DNA from: Octopus sinensis
Taxonomy: Eukaryota
Assembly (NCBI RefSeq): GCF_006345805.1
Contig: NC_043020.1
Span: forward strand, 8,494,001-8,558,000
Direction of reading: 5' to 3'
Length of the DNA: 64,000 nucleotides
Shown here: positions 1 to 12,420 of the stretch, piece after piece
How the letters are laid out: every line of letters starts with the position of its first letter
Numbering within the stretch: position 1 is the first letter of the stretch
Program-made: the position numbers and the translations under genes
Notes under the pieces: generated by a model
Seen by the model: the letters and a program-made list of their open reading frames with translations, nothing else
The model's database searches: none
What the model was told of the DNA's origin: nothing

Positions 1-62
1 ATATATATATATATCGTTAGCTCCTATTCGCATTTTTTTCTCTCCTTGTTTTTTTCTGTGTA

Positions 63-100
63 TCTTTCTGTCGAAGAGCGTAGACTCGAAACGTAAAAGA
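63..100 (+). ncRNA. Minimal type-I hammerhead ribozyme motif (Penelope-type), one core mismatch
   Basis: tcttt-CTGTCGA-a-gag(cgtaga)ctc-GAAAC-GTA-aaaga. Stem I is tcttt/aaaga and stem III is the palindrome ACGT. Core A6 is T. Confidence 0.6.
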
Positions 101-194
101 CTTTTTCTATTTCTATTCCTGAGCGCTATACTAATACATTTGTTTGTTTGTACTCCACCTGCCTTCGTCTTTTGTTTATTTTCGTAAACTTTCC

Positions 195-239
<45 letters not shown>

Positions 240-683
240 CTAACCAAATGACAGCTCCCTACACACACGGACACGTTTGTTTCTTTCTTGAATTAATTTG
301 TAATCGGCTGAAAGTTAGTGTGAGTCCTAGTTTCGTTCATGACATTTGTCCAACTCATAAGTTCGATAAGGGCCCGTACACGGAACTCTCAGCACTTGAA
401 TTACTTTTACAACATTCCATCGAAATGACTGAAACAAGTGACAGTTGTGTGTACGTATAGATACAGATACTTATCAGAAGCAACAGTGATTCAGAGTAAT
501 AAATAATACCGAATTTTGTTTTTTTGATTTCCTGTTTTGATATATAAATAACTCTACGAAGACATGTATACCAGACTGTCCAACTCTTATGCATACCTCA
601 CCCAAATATATCATCAACGTGTACGACTTTGGATTACTAGAATAAGCAGATGTTCTTACTATATATTTGGTACATAATCGTAT

Positions 684-1096
684 ACTCTTTTACTCTCTTT
701 TACTTGTTTCAGTCATTTGACTGCGGCCATGCTGGAGCACCGCCTTTAATCGAGCAACTCGACCCCCGGGACTTATTCTTTTTGTAAGCCCAGTACTTGT
801 TCTATCGGTCTTTTTTTGCCGAACCGCTAAGTGACGGGGACGTAAACACACCAGCATCGGTTGTCAAACAATGCTAGGGGGACAAACACAGATACACAAG
901 CATACACGCACACATATATATATACATATATACGACGGGCTTCTTTCAGTTTCCGTCTACCAATTCCACTCACAAGGCATTGGTCGGCCCGGGGCTATAG
1001 CAGAAGACACTTGCCCAAGGTGCCACGCAGTGTCACTGAACCCGGAGCCATTTGGTTGGTTAGCAAGCTACTTACCACGCAGCCACTCCTGCGCCT
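684..1096 (-). mobile_element. tRNA-derived SINE, family A
   Basis: The minus strand starts aggcgcaggagtggctgcgtggtaag, with an A-box-like TGGCTGCGTGG and a degenerate B box. It has an internal TA/TG tract and a (gtaaaagag)n tail. More than 10 related copies occur in the window. Confidence 0.9.
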
Positions 1097-1325
1097 ATGT
1101 CTGTGTGTGTTGAGTAAATGGCAGCATATCTGTGTGTACAAGTTTCAATACCGCTATGTATATATGTGTGCGTATATTGTGGGCTTATCTGCGTTGTCGG
1201 ACTAATGATTATGGTTTTAAAATATTATTCACTCCAAAATTTTTATTCACCCTCAGAATTATCATGAAGTTCTTTATTGTTAGTGACCGGTCACAGCTTC
1301 TTTTGAACTTGTCAGACCCCGCATA

Positions 1326-1834
1326 CGAGGTCCGGTCGAAAAATATCAAGACGGTTTCTATGATAATGAAGTTTATAGTACGCAGAGCGAAGCCGCTCGG
1401 CACAGATTGACCTTGAATTCTATCGCGCAAGCACACTAAGTTGTAACATTCTCGTTCACTTCCGCTGTTTTATAGTAGTGCTTAGAAGTAAAGTGTGTAG
1501 ATTGTGGTCGTCTCTCCATACCACAGACGTTCCATCAGTGACCATGGCAAAGAAAATGTGTGTGTGTGAGCGGAAAGGGACATGCCTTGAAGGTTATTAC
1601 GGCCAAAAATCTTTCCAAAGATCAAATTGCACTTGAACAAGATGGTCACTATCCCGCCAAAAGAGGAGTTCCAAGAATGCTTCCATCAATGGAAACTCTG
1701 CTGGATCAAGTGTGTGACTTCAGAAAGGGATTACTTCAAAGGAGATTAAATGCCGAATTGATTGAGATGCGTTGTAGTTTTTCTCTTTTTTTATATTTAT
1801 AGCACCAGTCCTAATACTTTTTAATCGGACCTGC
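1326..1834 (+). mobile_element. Internally deleted Tc1/mariner element with transposase C-terminal remnant
   Basis: TA followed by cgaggtccggtcgaaaaatatcaagacgg matches the reverse complement of ccagtcctaatactttttaatcggacct. 1642-1749 translates as MVTIPPKEEFQECFHQWKLCWIKCVTSERDYFKGD*, which resembles a mariner C-terminus. Confidence 0.75.
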
Positions 1835-2301
1835 TGTGTGTGTGTGTATGTGTGTGCGTGTGTGTGGTCAGCTGTAATTTGAGGGGGTTTCGCAATTATT
1901 TCTGCTTCAAGCTAGATGTTGCACTTTCTGAATATAGCTTGCGGTTGATCTCTCTCTCTCTCTCTCCCTCTCCGCCCTCTCCCTCTCCCCTCTCTCTCCC
2001 CTATATTCCACAATACCCTTCTGCGCTGAGTTGGGTCCTCTGTGTACACTCCATTGTAACAAAAACAAATGTTATTTTTTTTACACGCATTTCGACTTAC
2101 GTACGTACGTACATACATACAGCACGCATTTTAGGTGCATGCGTACGTACAGCTGATGACTGCGAGCGTACGTACGTGCGTGCGTGTAAGCTTGGAAATC
2201 ACGCACGCTTTTGCTCTCACACATTATAATGTGGGGAGGGTGGCGCACACACACACACACACACACACCTCTCCACAGTAATTTTTTTCTTCCCTCGAAG
2301 C

Positions 2302-2628
2302 TCACGTAAGCCAATCGCATCACTCTCATAGCATCACATCCATCAGTTAAAAACCCGCCATTTTTTCTCTTCCTTCCGTTATACCCACCCTGACAGTCTT
2401 CGTCTCGTCCCGTCCCGTTCCGTTTCGGGTTTGCTTTCCACCACCCCGCGCCGTTTCTACCAGGCTTGTCATCAATCATCATCATCATCATCATCATTGT
2501 CGTCGTCGTCGTCATTACGCGTTGCATTTAAAAAAGAAAAAAACCTTTCCTTCTTGCACCGTATCCATCGTTGCTAATTAACCTCCACCAGCAAAGCAAA
2601 TCATAAAAAAAACGTTGGTGAAGTAAGA
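2302..2628 (+). promoter_or_regulatory. Candidate promoter and first non-coding exon
   Basis: CCAAT at 2311-2315, Inr-like TCAGTT at 2343-2348, YY1-like CCGCCATTTT at 2355-2364, and donor gaa|gtaaga after 2622. Evidence is motif-level only. Confidence 0.3.
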
Positions 2629-3119
2629 GGCGGCGGCACGACGCATGCGCATTGTGACAGTTTTGCGGTTGCGGCGGCAGCAGCGACGGTGGTGGTGGTG
2701 GTGGTGGTGGTGAGATGTCGGGGTCGGCTGCAATGATTGAAGGGAAACTGAAATTTCACTGACGTCTGAGCTGGTTGTGTTGCTGGTGACCTCTCATTTC
2801 GGTTCGGCTGCGTCTCTAATCTTCCTCCATCCCTCCCATAATTACGTAATTTACGTCATATCTGCCTACCCACCTACCTACCTACCTACCTACCTACCTA
2901 CCTACCTACCTACCTGCCTGCATATCTACCTACGTATCTATGTCTCTCTATATATATATTTATCTACCCGTCTACTTATAGTATATAGATATATATCTCT
3001 GTATCTGTCTATCTATCTATATTTTATATATCTATCTGTCTATTCATCTACGTGTTTATCTTCCTCTCTCTCTCTCTCTCTCTCTCTCCCTTTCCTCTCT
3101 CTCTCTCTCTCTCTCCCTT

Positions 3120-3155
<36 letters not shown>

Positions 3156-3224
3156 GTATGTTTGCTTAACCTTAATGATGGGGCGAATGCTCATTTAGAT
3201 TCCCGTCTCATTAAATCTAAGGAT

Positions 3225-3256
<32 letters not shown>

Positions 3257-3537
3257 TTTCTCTCCCTCTCCACATTCACACCCTTGTGTTGTTCATACAA
3301 TCTTGATTCTGTTCGTAACATTTCTCGTAACTTCTGCCATTTCCAGGAGACAAACTCGTATAAATCAAACAACAGTGGTGTTTAAACTCAGTTCAACTCT
3401 GGTCGGTCAGATCTATGATCAAAGACTTTCCTCCCATGACCATTCCCTCCAAACTAGTATATCTAGAACCACATCACCCAATGTGTCTTTTAAGAGGGTA
3501 GGACGTGATTTGATGGCTTTTGGCTACTGCATGTGGC

Positions 3538-3841
3538 AGGCAAGTGTATTCTACTTATAGCCTCGGGCCGACCAAAGCCTTGTGAGTGGATTTGGTACGC
3601 GGAAACTGAAAGAACCCCGTCGTATATATGCATATATATATGTATGTGTTTGTGTCTGTGTTTGTCCCCCTCAACATCGCTTGACAATCGATACTGGTGT
3701 GTTTACGTCCCCGTATTCCAGCGGTTCGGCAAAAGACACCGATAGAATAAGTACTAGGCTTACAAAGAATAAGTCCTTTGCTCGACTAAAAAGCGGTGCT
3801 CCAGCATGGCCGCAGTCAGATGACTAAAACAAGTAAAAGAG
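3538..3841 (+). mobile_element. SINE family A, 5'-truncated
   Basis: Matches the body and tail of family A copies, from gcaagtg...ccgacc to atgactaaaacaagtaaaagag. Confidence 0.85.
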
Positions 3842-4591
3842 ATGTAGTCCCTTCCTTCATAGGTTTGTCTTCTCGATGTGGATTCACCTGCCTACCAGAA
3901 ACAGCTTCGACATTTTTATTATTAAATGCTTCAAAATGAAAATTACATGAAATAGAAAATATCAATTAGTAAAGCTTAAATTTTAATCTTTTGTTGGATT
4001 GTGGGACTTATTAATAACTTAATTAAATATGATTTATTGATACAGACATCTGTACACACACATAAGCGCCCATATATGCACTTACACGCGCGCGTACTAT
4101 TTATATATACAGTGCATGTGTGAATGGGTGCGTGTGTGTATAAGTATTTGCATGTGTGGAAACAGCTTCTCCTTTAAACATATATTGGAAATAACGACTA
4201 TGTTCTAATTTGATCTTTTTCATTAACGTTTATTTGTGTCTGCGAATCAGAACGCTAGAGTTCTTTTACAACAGTATTTCAGGCTATCTCAGACTCATCT
4301 TCGGGATGTAGTCTGGTTTTGTCTCCTGCGTTGCCTCTATAGTTTATGCAGATTTTTCCCGCCAGAAATTGACCTTCAGAGTGATAGTGTTGTATGTTAA
4401 TTATAGCCTCGTGTTGTGATATTAGAATTGCTTTTGTATTCAATGTTCGATTTCTGCAGGGAATTTTATAAAATTTGAAAGTTATTATCTGTTAATGTTT
4501 TCTTATTTAGCTTTGTTTAATCGCAATATGCTGTAGTGTTACAACGTCTGCTTATTTTAAATGTGTGTGTATGTACACAACGAAATGGTTA

Positions 4592-4660
4592 ACAGAGACT
4601 CCGGTGTTTCAGCTTCCTTGCCTTCGTCAGACAATCTGACGAAGGCTTGCAAACTGAAGC
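4592..4660 (-). ncRNA. Hammerhead-like motif within a short fold-back
   Basis: Perfect 12-bp hairpin at 4620-4631/4635-4646. The minus strand reads CTGACGA-aggcaaggaagct-GAAAC-accgga-GTC. Confidence 0.5.
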
Positions 4661-4697
4661 TTTTGCCTTGTAAAAATTTGGCAAACATGTCGTCGTA

Positions 4698-5051
4698 GCA
4701 TTCCGTCGGTTACGACGACGGAGGGTTCCAGTTGATCCGATCAACGGAACAGCCTGTCCGTGAAATTAAGGTGCAAGTGGCTGACCACTCCACAGACACA
4801 CACGTACCCTTAACGTAGTTCTTGTGGAGATTCAGCGTGACACAGAGTGTGACAAGACTCTGGCCCTTTGAAATACAGGTACAACAGAAACAGGAAGAAA
4901 GAGTGAAAGAAAATTGTGGTGAAAGAGTACAGCAGGGCTCGCCACCACTCCCTGCCGGAGCCTTGTGGAGCTTTAGGTGTTTTCACTCAATAAACACTCG
5001 CAACACCCGACCGCGACTCCGCTGCCCTAACCACTGGGCTATTGCGTCTCC
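4698..5051 (-). mobile_element. tRNA-derived SINE, family C
   Basis: Reverse complement of the 44543-44936 and 19135-19507 copies. tRNA-like head ggagacgcaatagcccagtggttagggcagcgg. Confidence 0.85.
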
Positions 5052-5524
5052 TCTTCGTACACACTCAAATATGTATAATTATGCTAAACTTCATTTTTAA
5101 TTATTGTTCTTAAAGCTCAGCTATTAGGTTTCTACTTTATTAGAGTTAAGAACTTGTATTTAATTAATTAAGTTACCACTTAAGCATTTTTTTTTTAGTT
5201 TTTTTGTTTGTTCCAGATTTTGAGGGGAGGGGAAACAGAGTGAGAGAATGATAGTCAATTATGGTTATTATTTAAAGCAGGATTGGGGTCTGGCGAGATG
5301 GTCGTTATTAGTGGGGTGTGTGTGTGTGTGGAGGAGTGATGATCGTTAATTGATCATTACTCCATCGTTAGTTGTGATTGATTATTTTTGGGGGTGGGGG
5401 AAGGAGTGAAATCTGAAGGATTGATCTCATTTGTGGTTATATTAAAGTTTTGCTCCGGGTCAGTTTTGACCAGGCAGACTTTATGATCAGAGGCATTCCA
5501 GCCGTGGCTATCTCTTTCATCTTT

Positions 5525-6165
5525 TGCTTGTTTCAGTCATTAGATTGCAGCCATGCTGGGGCACTATCCTGAAGAATTTTTAGTCGAATAAATCGATCCC
5601 ACATTTATTTTTTTCCTTTTAAGCTTGGTACTGATTCTATCGGTCCCTTTTGCTGAACCTTTAAGTTATGGGAGCGTAAACAAACCAACACTGGTTGTCA
5701 AGCGGTGGTAAGGGACAAACACACATACACTACATACATACATACATATATACAAGACGGGATTCTCTCAGTTTCCGTCTACCAAATCATAGAGGGAACA
5801 AACAAAGACAGACAAAGGGATTAAGTCGATAACAACGGCCCCAGTGCGTAACCGGTACTTATTTCATCGACCCCGAAAGGATGAAAGGCAAAGTCGACCT
5901 CGGCGGAATTTGAACTCAGAACGTAACGGCAGACGAAATACCTCTAAGCATTTCGCCCAGCGTGCTAACGATTTTGCCAGGTCGCCGCCCAATACTATTA
6001 TTATTATTATTTATTTATTTATTTATTTATTTATTATTAAGGCGGCGAGCTGGCTGAAACGTTATCGCGCCGGAATGAATGTTTAACGGCATCTCTTCCG
6101 ACTTAACGTTCTGAGTTCAAATGCCGCCGAGGTCATCTTTGCATTTCATCCCTTCGGGGTGGAAA
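5525..6165. mobile_element. SINE cluster: old family A fragment (-), family B (-) 5792-5990, family B (+) 6039-6165
   Basis: Similar to the other A and B copies. The two B copies are head-to-head across an (att/attt)n tract. Confidence 0.8.
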
Positions 6166-7226
6166 AAACGAGTTGGGCTTAGTAGAAAAGACTGTCTGCA
6201 TTAAAAATTAGTCTATAGCCATGAATGTCAGCGACAAAATTAGCTTATGGGAGGCCGAACTTTACATACAGGATCCAGGATAAATTTTTAAGACATTTTT
6301 CAGTGGTAAAAAATGTGTCTCATATGCTATCAAATACGGTAATACTTTTGCTGTGCTATTTCCTCGCTCTTCTTTCTTCCTTTTGACGGTCACTATAAAC
6401 TTCTTTTACCATTCTCTGACAGCTTTCCTCAGCCATACTGACAGTTTCTAAGCAGTTTTTGACTCTTTTAACCCTTTGGTGTTCAAATTTCTCTATTAAA
6501 TGTAATACTTTTTCACTCAAATCGTTTTGAATTAACCATGCATTATGTTTATAGCTTTGAGGTTTCAATGATATGATTGTTTATTTTTAGAATGCCACTG
6601 TAGGTTAGGTGTGAGAGGCTGGATATGGCCAGTTTGAATATAAAACATGTAGGATATTTGAGCCGGATATGGCCGGTGTAAACAGCTGTGCTATTTTCTC
6701 GCTTTTCTTTCTTCCTTTTGACGGTCACCATAAACTTCTTTTACCATTCTCTGACAGCTTTCCTCGGTCATACTGACAGTTTCTAAGCAGTTTTTGACTC
6801 TCTTAATCATCAGAAAACCATTTTGTTTATTAACTCCTGAATGCTTCCCGCTGTGGCTGTTTCTTACCAGTTTTTTTTCCCCCTTCTCTCGGTCACAAAA
6901 AACCTCTATCATTAAATCCTTGTCTTCTCCGGCAGTTTTTTCCTCTTTCATCGTAATCTTACCACGACATTTATTTTCTAGCAGTTTCCCTACCATGCTA
7001 TTTATTCTTCAGCACTTCACACACACACACACGCACGGTCGCGCACGCGCACAAATACTTCTGGGACGACATATTCTTGCCGTGTTATTTACTTTGTAGT
7101 TGGTTTTTTTTGTATGTGTGTGTGTGTGTTTTTTTTTTTTTCTCCTCTCATAACAAGGCATGAAAATGGCTTTCAAAAGCCAGCTTTTATGAGACACACA
7201 GACAGACAGAAATGTTAAACCATGAA

Positions 7227-7271
7227 AAATAACAACAACAACAACAATAATAATAATAATATAATAATAAC

Positions 7272-7320
<49 letters not shown>

Positions 7321-7674
7321 TAATAATAATAGCAATAACAATAATAATAATATAATAATAATAGCAATAACAATAATAATAATAATAACAATAATAATAA
7401 TAATAATAATAATAATAGCAATAACAATAATAATAATAACAATAATAATAATAATAGCAATAACAATAATAATAATAACAATAATAATAATAACAATAAC
7501 AATAATAACAATAATGATAATAATAATAATAATAATAACAATAATGATAATAATAATAATAACAATAATAATAATAATAATAGTACTAATGATAATAATA
7601 ATAATAACAATAATAATAACAATAATGATAATAATAATAATAACAATAATGATAATAATAACAATAACAACAAC

Positions 7675-7710
<36 letters not shown>
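7227..7710. repeat. Long (AAT/AAC)n trinucleotide microsatellite
   Basis: Directly visible. It accounts for the poly-L/I/Y ORFs in the track. Confidence 0.95.
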
Positions 7711-8499
7711 GTAGAAATAGAGAGAGAGAGAGAGAGAATAGGTAGATTTTTCTATTCAGCGGAATCTTCGCATTTGAGTTGTTAATCATGAAATTTCTGC
7801 CGTTCGCCTTTTTCTCCTTCAGTTCTGGTGTCATGGCGACGTTAAAGCTGGTTTTAGGTCGTTCATTAGAAACGCTGTTCCATTGTTGAGGCGATGAGGC
7901 GAAGAATGAAGTCAGATGAGAGAAGAGAAAAAAGTGTGTGTATTTGTGTGTGTGTGTGTGTATGTGAGAGAGAGGTGAGTAAGGAAGAGAAGGAATAAAA
8001 AGGAGCTGACTTTAGCATTTGGTAAATACAACTCATTAACTTGGTAATATTCTTCATCATCAATGCTGGCACCACCATCATCATCATCATCAACACCACA
8101 GTTATCATCATTAATGAATTCACCACCGCCACCATCGTCATTATCAGTACCACCACCACCAACCATCCCCACCATACTATAACTAATATTATACCACTAT
8201 CTTCACTTTCCTTATCACCTTTACAAACTTCATCGTCATCATCATCGTCGTTGTTGTCATCGTCATCACAGAACCATCTACCAAAGGTTTGAGGTTTTTT
8301 CTCCTCTCCGCTGTCGCTGGCGGTTTTCATTTGAAGGAAATTTGGCTGTTGTTTCTTGCAAACTGAATGACTACGACTGTGTAACAAAAGTAATAGAGGG
8401 TTCTCATTGACTTTGTTTTATGTGTATGTTTGGTGAGGAGAAGACGCTTGTACGAGCGTAGACCAATATAAATACCGAATATATATATATGGATATATA

Positions 8500-8738
8500 T
8501 TGGGTTGGTGCATAATTATTGCGGCTTTTTTTCAACCAATTTCATTCAACAAAAACAAAAACATTTTTAATGACTGTCTGATCGTCTGCCAAGCAAATGG
8601 GAGGCAGTAATTGAAGTAGAGGGTGAATATGCTCCGGAATAATCATTTAAAGATGTTTTTGTTACATGCTTTGTTATTGTTTTTGTTGAATAAGATGTGT
8701 TGAAAAAAAAAAGGCGCAATAATTATGCAACAACCGAA
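8500..8738 (+). mobile_element. Mariner-derived MITE with transposase C-terminal remnant
   Basis: TA flanks and TIR ttgggttggtgcataattattgcg with a degenerate partner. Internal sequence encodes DRLPSKWEAVIEVEGEYAPE*. Confidence 0.85.
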
Positions 8739-8973
8739 TATATTTAACATTGCATATAACAGGAATTCCTTCCTGCCAGCTATTATTCTTTGTCCATCTT
8801 TTCATATATATATACATATATGCACATACCTACATCTATACGTACATATATATGCATCTGTGCGCACAGGACGTCACGGAACGTGTACAATAAAAAAAAG
8901 GCAAAGTACGAATACATGGAATATGAACTATTTTTTCGAACAACGAAAGACATAAATAGAACGAAAGACAAAC

Positions 8974-9065
<92 letters not shown>

Positions 9066-9174
9066 TCTTAAGAGAGCTCAGTCTGGTCGTTAACAAAGCG
9101 ACAAGACTTTTTCAGATATATTTACATTTATGTGTGTGTATGGGCACATGTATATGTACGTATGTTTATATACG

Positions 9175-9260
9175 AGTTAGTGTGTATGTGTGTGTGTTTA
9201 TGTATATATATATATATGTGTGTATATTTATATGTCGTGTGTATATATAGTGTTTGTGTG

Positions 9261-9292
<32 letters not shown>

Positions 9293-9324
9293 GTGTGTAT
9301 ATATATATAGTGTGTGTAGGTATG

Positions 9325-9359
<35 letters not shown>

Positions 9360-9412
9360 TGTGTGTGTGTGTACGTATATATATATATATATAGTGTGTA
9401 TGTGTATATATA

Positions 9413-9450
<38 letters not shown>

Positions 9451-9572
9451 ATATTTATATGTCGTGTGTATATATAGTGTGTATGTGTGTGTATATATAT
9501 ATATATAGTGTGTGTGTGTACGTATATATATATATATATATATATATAGTGTGTATGTGTATATATAGTGTG

Positions 9573-9603
<31 letters not shown>

Positions 9604-9645
9604 GTGTGTATGTGTGTGTGTATATATATATACACACACACACAT
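9175..9645. repeat. Compound (TA)n/(TG)n microsatellite
   Basis: Directly visible. Confidence 0.95.
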
Positions 9646-9742
9646 AATGAGATGAAATGTATTGCTGGTGCAGCAGCAACTAAATACTTGCAATGTATGT
9701 GTGCATCTGCTTATTATTGTTTCTCTTTGTGCATATCTTCAG

Positions 9743-9814
9743 GTGCTGTTCGCGTCGATACTGATCAAGATACACCAACTCTTCATCGATCTCTCAACTC
9801 ACGTGACACTGAAG
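9743..9814 (+). other. Candidate 72-nt internal exon of the ELK-like gene
   Basis: Polypyrimidine tract plus ttcag|G acceptor and gaag|gtcagt donor. No ATG. The phase 1-1 frame is open (AVRVDTDQDTPTLHRSLNSRDTE) and in phase with 33322 and 39129. Confidence 0.35.
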
Positions 9815-10371
9815 GTCAGTTCCTATCGGTTTTCTTTCCGCCCCCACCCCCATCACCACTCACTCCTAACCTTTAGTCCCAACAGCACTAGTATTGTTGT
9901 TTTGCTTGTTGTTGTAATAACTTCCGGTCATCTCTGGTCGAAGGCTGTCTAGTTTGGTAGTCATGGGAGGAGGGGAGTCATGGGATACAAAATACATCAC
10001 CGTATTTAAAAATCATAAAACGTACTCCCCAACCAAAACAAATTCTCAAATATATTTACATATGAGGTAGAAGGGCGCATCTTTATCTGTTTGTACTCCA
10101 CAACCCACCGGTGCTGGTTTGGTTGCGTCCCCTTAACTGTAGCGGTTCGGCAAAAAAAAAAGGTTCGATAAAATAAGTACCAAGCTATAAAAATACGGGT
10201 ACTTTTTGGTAATATCATCCCCCCACCCATTAAAAAATTGGGTCGTCTCCCCAACTAAAAAAATTGTTTAACCCTCAATAATACAAACAAAACAAACATG
10301 AAAAAATTAATAAACATGAAAAGTGAAAAGATTAAACATTTTATTGAATCTGATAATATTTTTATAACAAA

Positions 10372-10770
10372 CTAGCAGTATCGCCCGGCGTTGCTCGGGT
10401 TTGTAAGGGAAATAACTATATAAGCATTTTTAGAGAGTTATAGCCAAAAAATAGCAAAAAAATGCATTAAAAATGGAAAAAATATGATGGTAAATTTTTT
10501 TTTAAATCGTTGACTCATCGTAGACATTTTTAGAGAGTTACTTCCCTTATATAATAGCGAAAAAATGCATTAAAATGGAAAAAAAATTATGGTAATTTTT
10601 TTTTTAAATCGTGGACTCATCGTAGACGCGCGCTAATACCCAGAAGGGCTCGATATGAATCACGACTATAAGATACCCGGTTTTGGTTACACTGCACCGC
10701 AAAATGTGGGAGTAGTTAGGAATCTAAATCGTAGGAGACAGACACACAACCTTACTTTTACATATAAAGA
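10372..10770 (-). mobile_element. Non-autonomous Helitron
   Basis: On the minus strand A|TC...CTAG|T with a cccgagcaacgccggg hairpin before CTAG. Carries an internal ~115-bp duplication. A second copy is at 59774-60161. Confidence 0.85.
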
Positions 10771-11965
10771 TTATGCCATTCCTATTGAGGAGGCCAAAAG
10801 TCAAGAAAGTGTTGAAGTATTCAATCAAAAAGATCTCTTTTAATCCAATCTTTTGTCACCACATGAACTCAACTTTTTAGTGGGGAGATAACCCATTTTT
10901 TTAATGGCAATGTTTTAAAGGGGCTGAGATAAACAAAAAGTACCAAAATAAGTACTGGGGTGGATTCGTTCTCCTAAAATCCCCCAAGGCTGTACTCCAG
11001 TATGGCCGCAATCCAATGGTGTAAGCGAGAGTTTGAAAAAGTAAGATACAGAATTATAAAATTCTTATGACATCAACAGTATACAGCTCTTGCTGGTAAG
11101 AATTAAAATTTCTGAAATGGAGAGAGTAATTCGAAAGATTGCTTTAGTCCGGTGGTAAAACGTCTGTCATGTTTAGAGAAGATGTGGTTTCGGGGCCTCC
11201 GAGTAGCCTTTTTTTTTTAACAACCAAATAGGTTTCTTTTTAACCCAATATTTACAAGCTATTATTTATAGCATTATTTGCTTCGAGTTTCACTGTTCCA
11301 TAATAGAATTGTTTCATGTTCTCTCGAAGTTTATATATTTTTATAATGTCAACAATGTGTGTGTGTGTGTGTGTGTGTGCGTATTAGTACGTGTATGTAT
11401 TTGTGTGTGCGTGTGTTAGATCATTGGGGGGGGAGAGGATATTTTTTTTTGCCTTTATTTCCAGCTCAGTTGAAACCCACGTGACTCAGTCGCCTCTTCT
11501 CTCTTTCATCTCTTCCCAGTTCTCCTTGCAACGATTACGCATACACTCACACACATGTACGCATGCGCACACACATTAAACACTCTGATCCATCCTTTCC
11601 CAGAGTTGTGGCGGTCTGGAATTGATCTCCTCGCTCTGGTCCGGCCATCAAAGGTCATAAGCATTACATCCCCAACTACCACCACCACCACCACCACCAC
11701 CATCTCCTCTTTAAGAGCCACCAATCCTAATGGCCGTCCTTATCTTCTCCGCACTCCACTTTAGCCTCTATCTTCTTCCTCATCATGTCTCGCTTCATTT
11801 ATTGTTTCGTCCTTCCCCCTCTCTTTCTCACTTTCCCCCCCGCTACTTCAATCTCTCTTCCTCACGCTTTCTTACTTTCATTTGCTCACTCTCTGTCTTC
11901 TCTTGACCCTCTCTTCTCTCTCTCTCTTCTCTCTCTCTCTCTCCTCATGTCTTTGGTTTTCTTTC

Positions 11966-12006
<41 letters not shown>

Positions 12007-12049
12007 ATAAATATTTGGTTTTCTCTGTGTCTGTCTCTATCTGTGTGTG

Positions 12050-12420
12050 TGTGTCTCGCGCGCGCCATCTTTCTCCTGCATACATACGTTCTGTCTTATC
12101 TCATTCATTCTCTCTTTCTCTCTCTGTCTGGCCGTCTCTCTCTCTCTATCTATCTGGCCCTATCTCTCTCTCTCCCTCCCTCCCTCCCTCTCTCTCGCAC
12201 GCGCCATCTTTCTCCTGCATATATACGTCCTGCCTTATCTCGCTCATTCTCTCTTTCTCTCTCTCTATCTGTCTGGTCGTCTCTCTATCTCTATCTGGCC
12301 CTCTCTCTCTCCCTCCCTCTCTCTTGCACGCGCCATCTTTCTCCTGTATATATACTTCCTGTCTTATCTCGCTCGTTCCCTCTCTCTCTCTCTCTCGCCA
12401 TACGCCTTTCGCGCTCTCTT
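12050..12420. repeat. CT-rich minisatellite, 3 units of ~130-140 bp
   Basis: gcgccatctttctcctg recurs at 12062, 12201 and 12330. Confidence 0.85.

Noticed and set aside
861-1205. Recurrent ORFs with RLPNPLTRHWSARGYSRRHLPK-like peptides
   Set aside because: They are translations of SINE family A copies, not a gene family.
1455-1466. ETS site (ACTTCCG) as ELK autoregulatory element
   Set aside because: It lies inside the 1326-1834 mariner derivative and is a single short motif.
6345-6996. Protein-coding gene with a duplicated KNCLETVSM..SCQRMVKEVY segment
   Set aside because: It is a ~120-bp direct repeat offset by 335 bp with stops and no splice support. At most it is a decayed retroelement ORF1 fragment that I could not confirm.
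7009-9693. Poly-L/I/Y and YI-repeat ORFs (also at 41-42 kb and 47 kb)
   Set aside because: They are translations of microsatellites.
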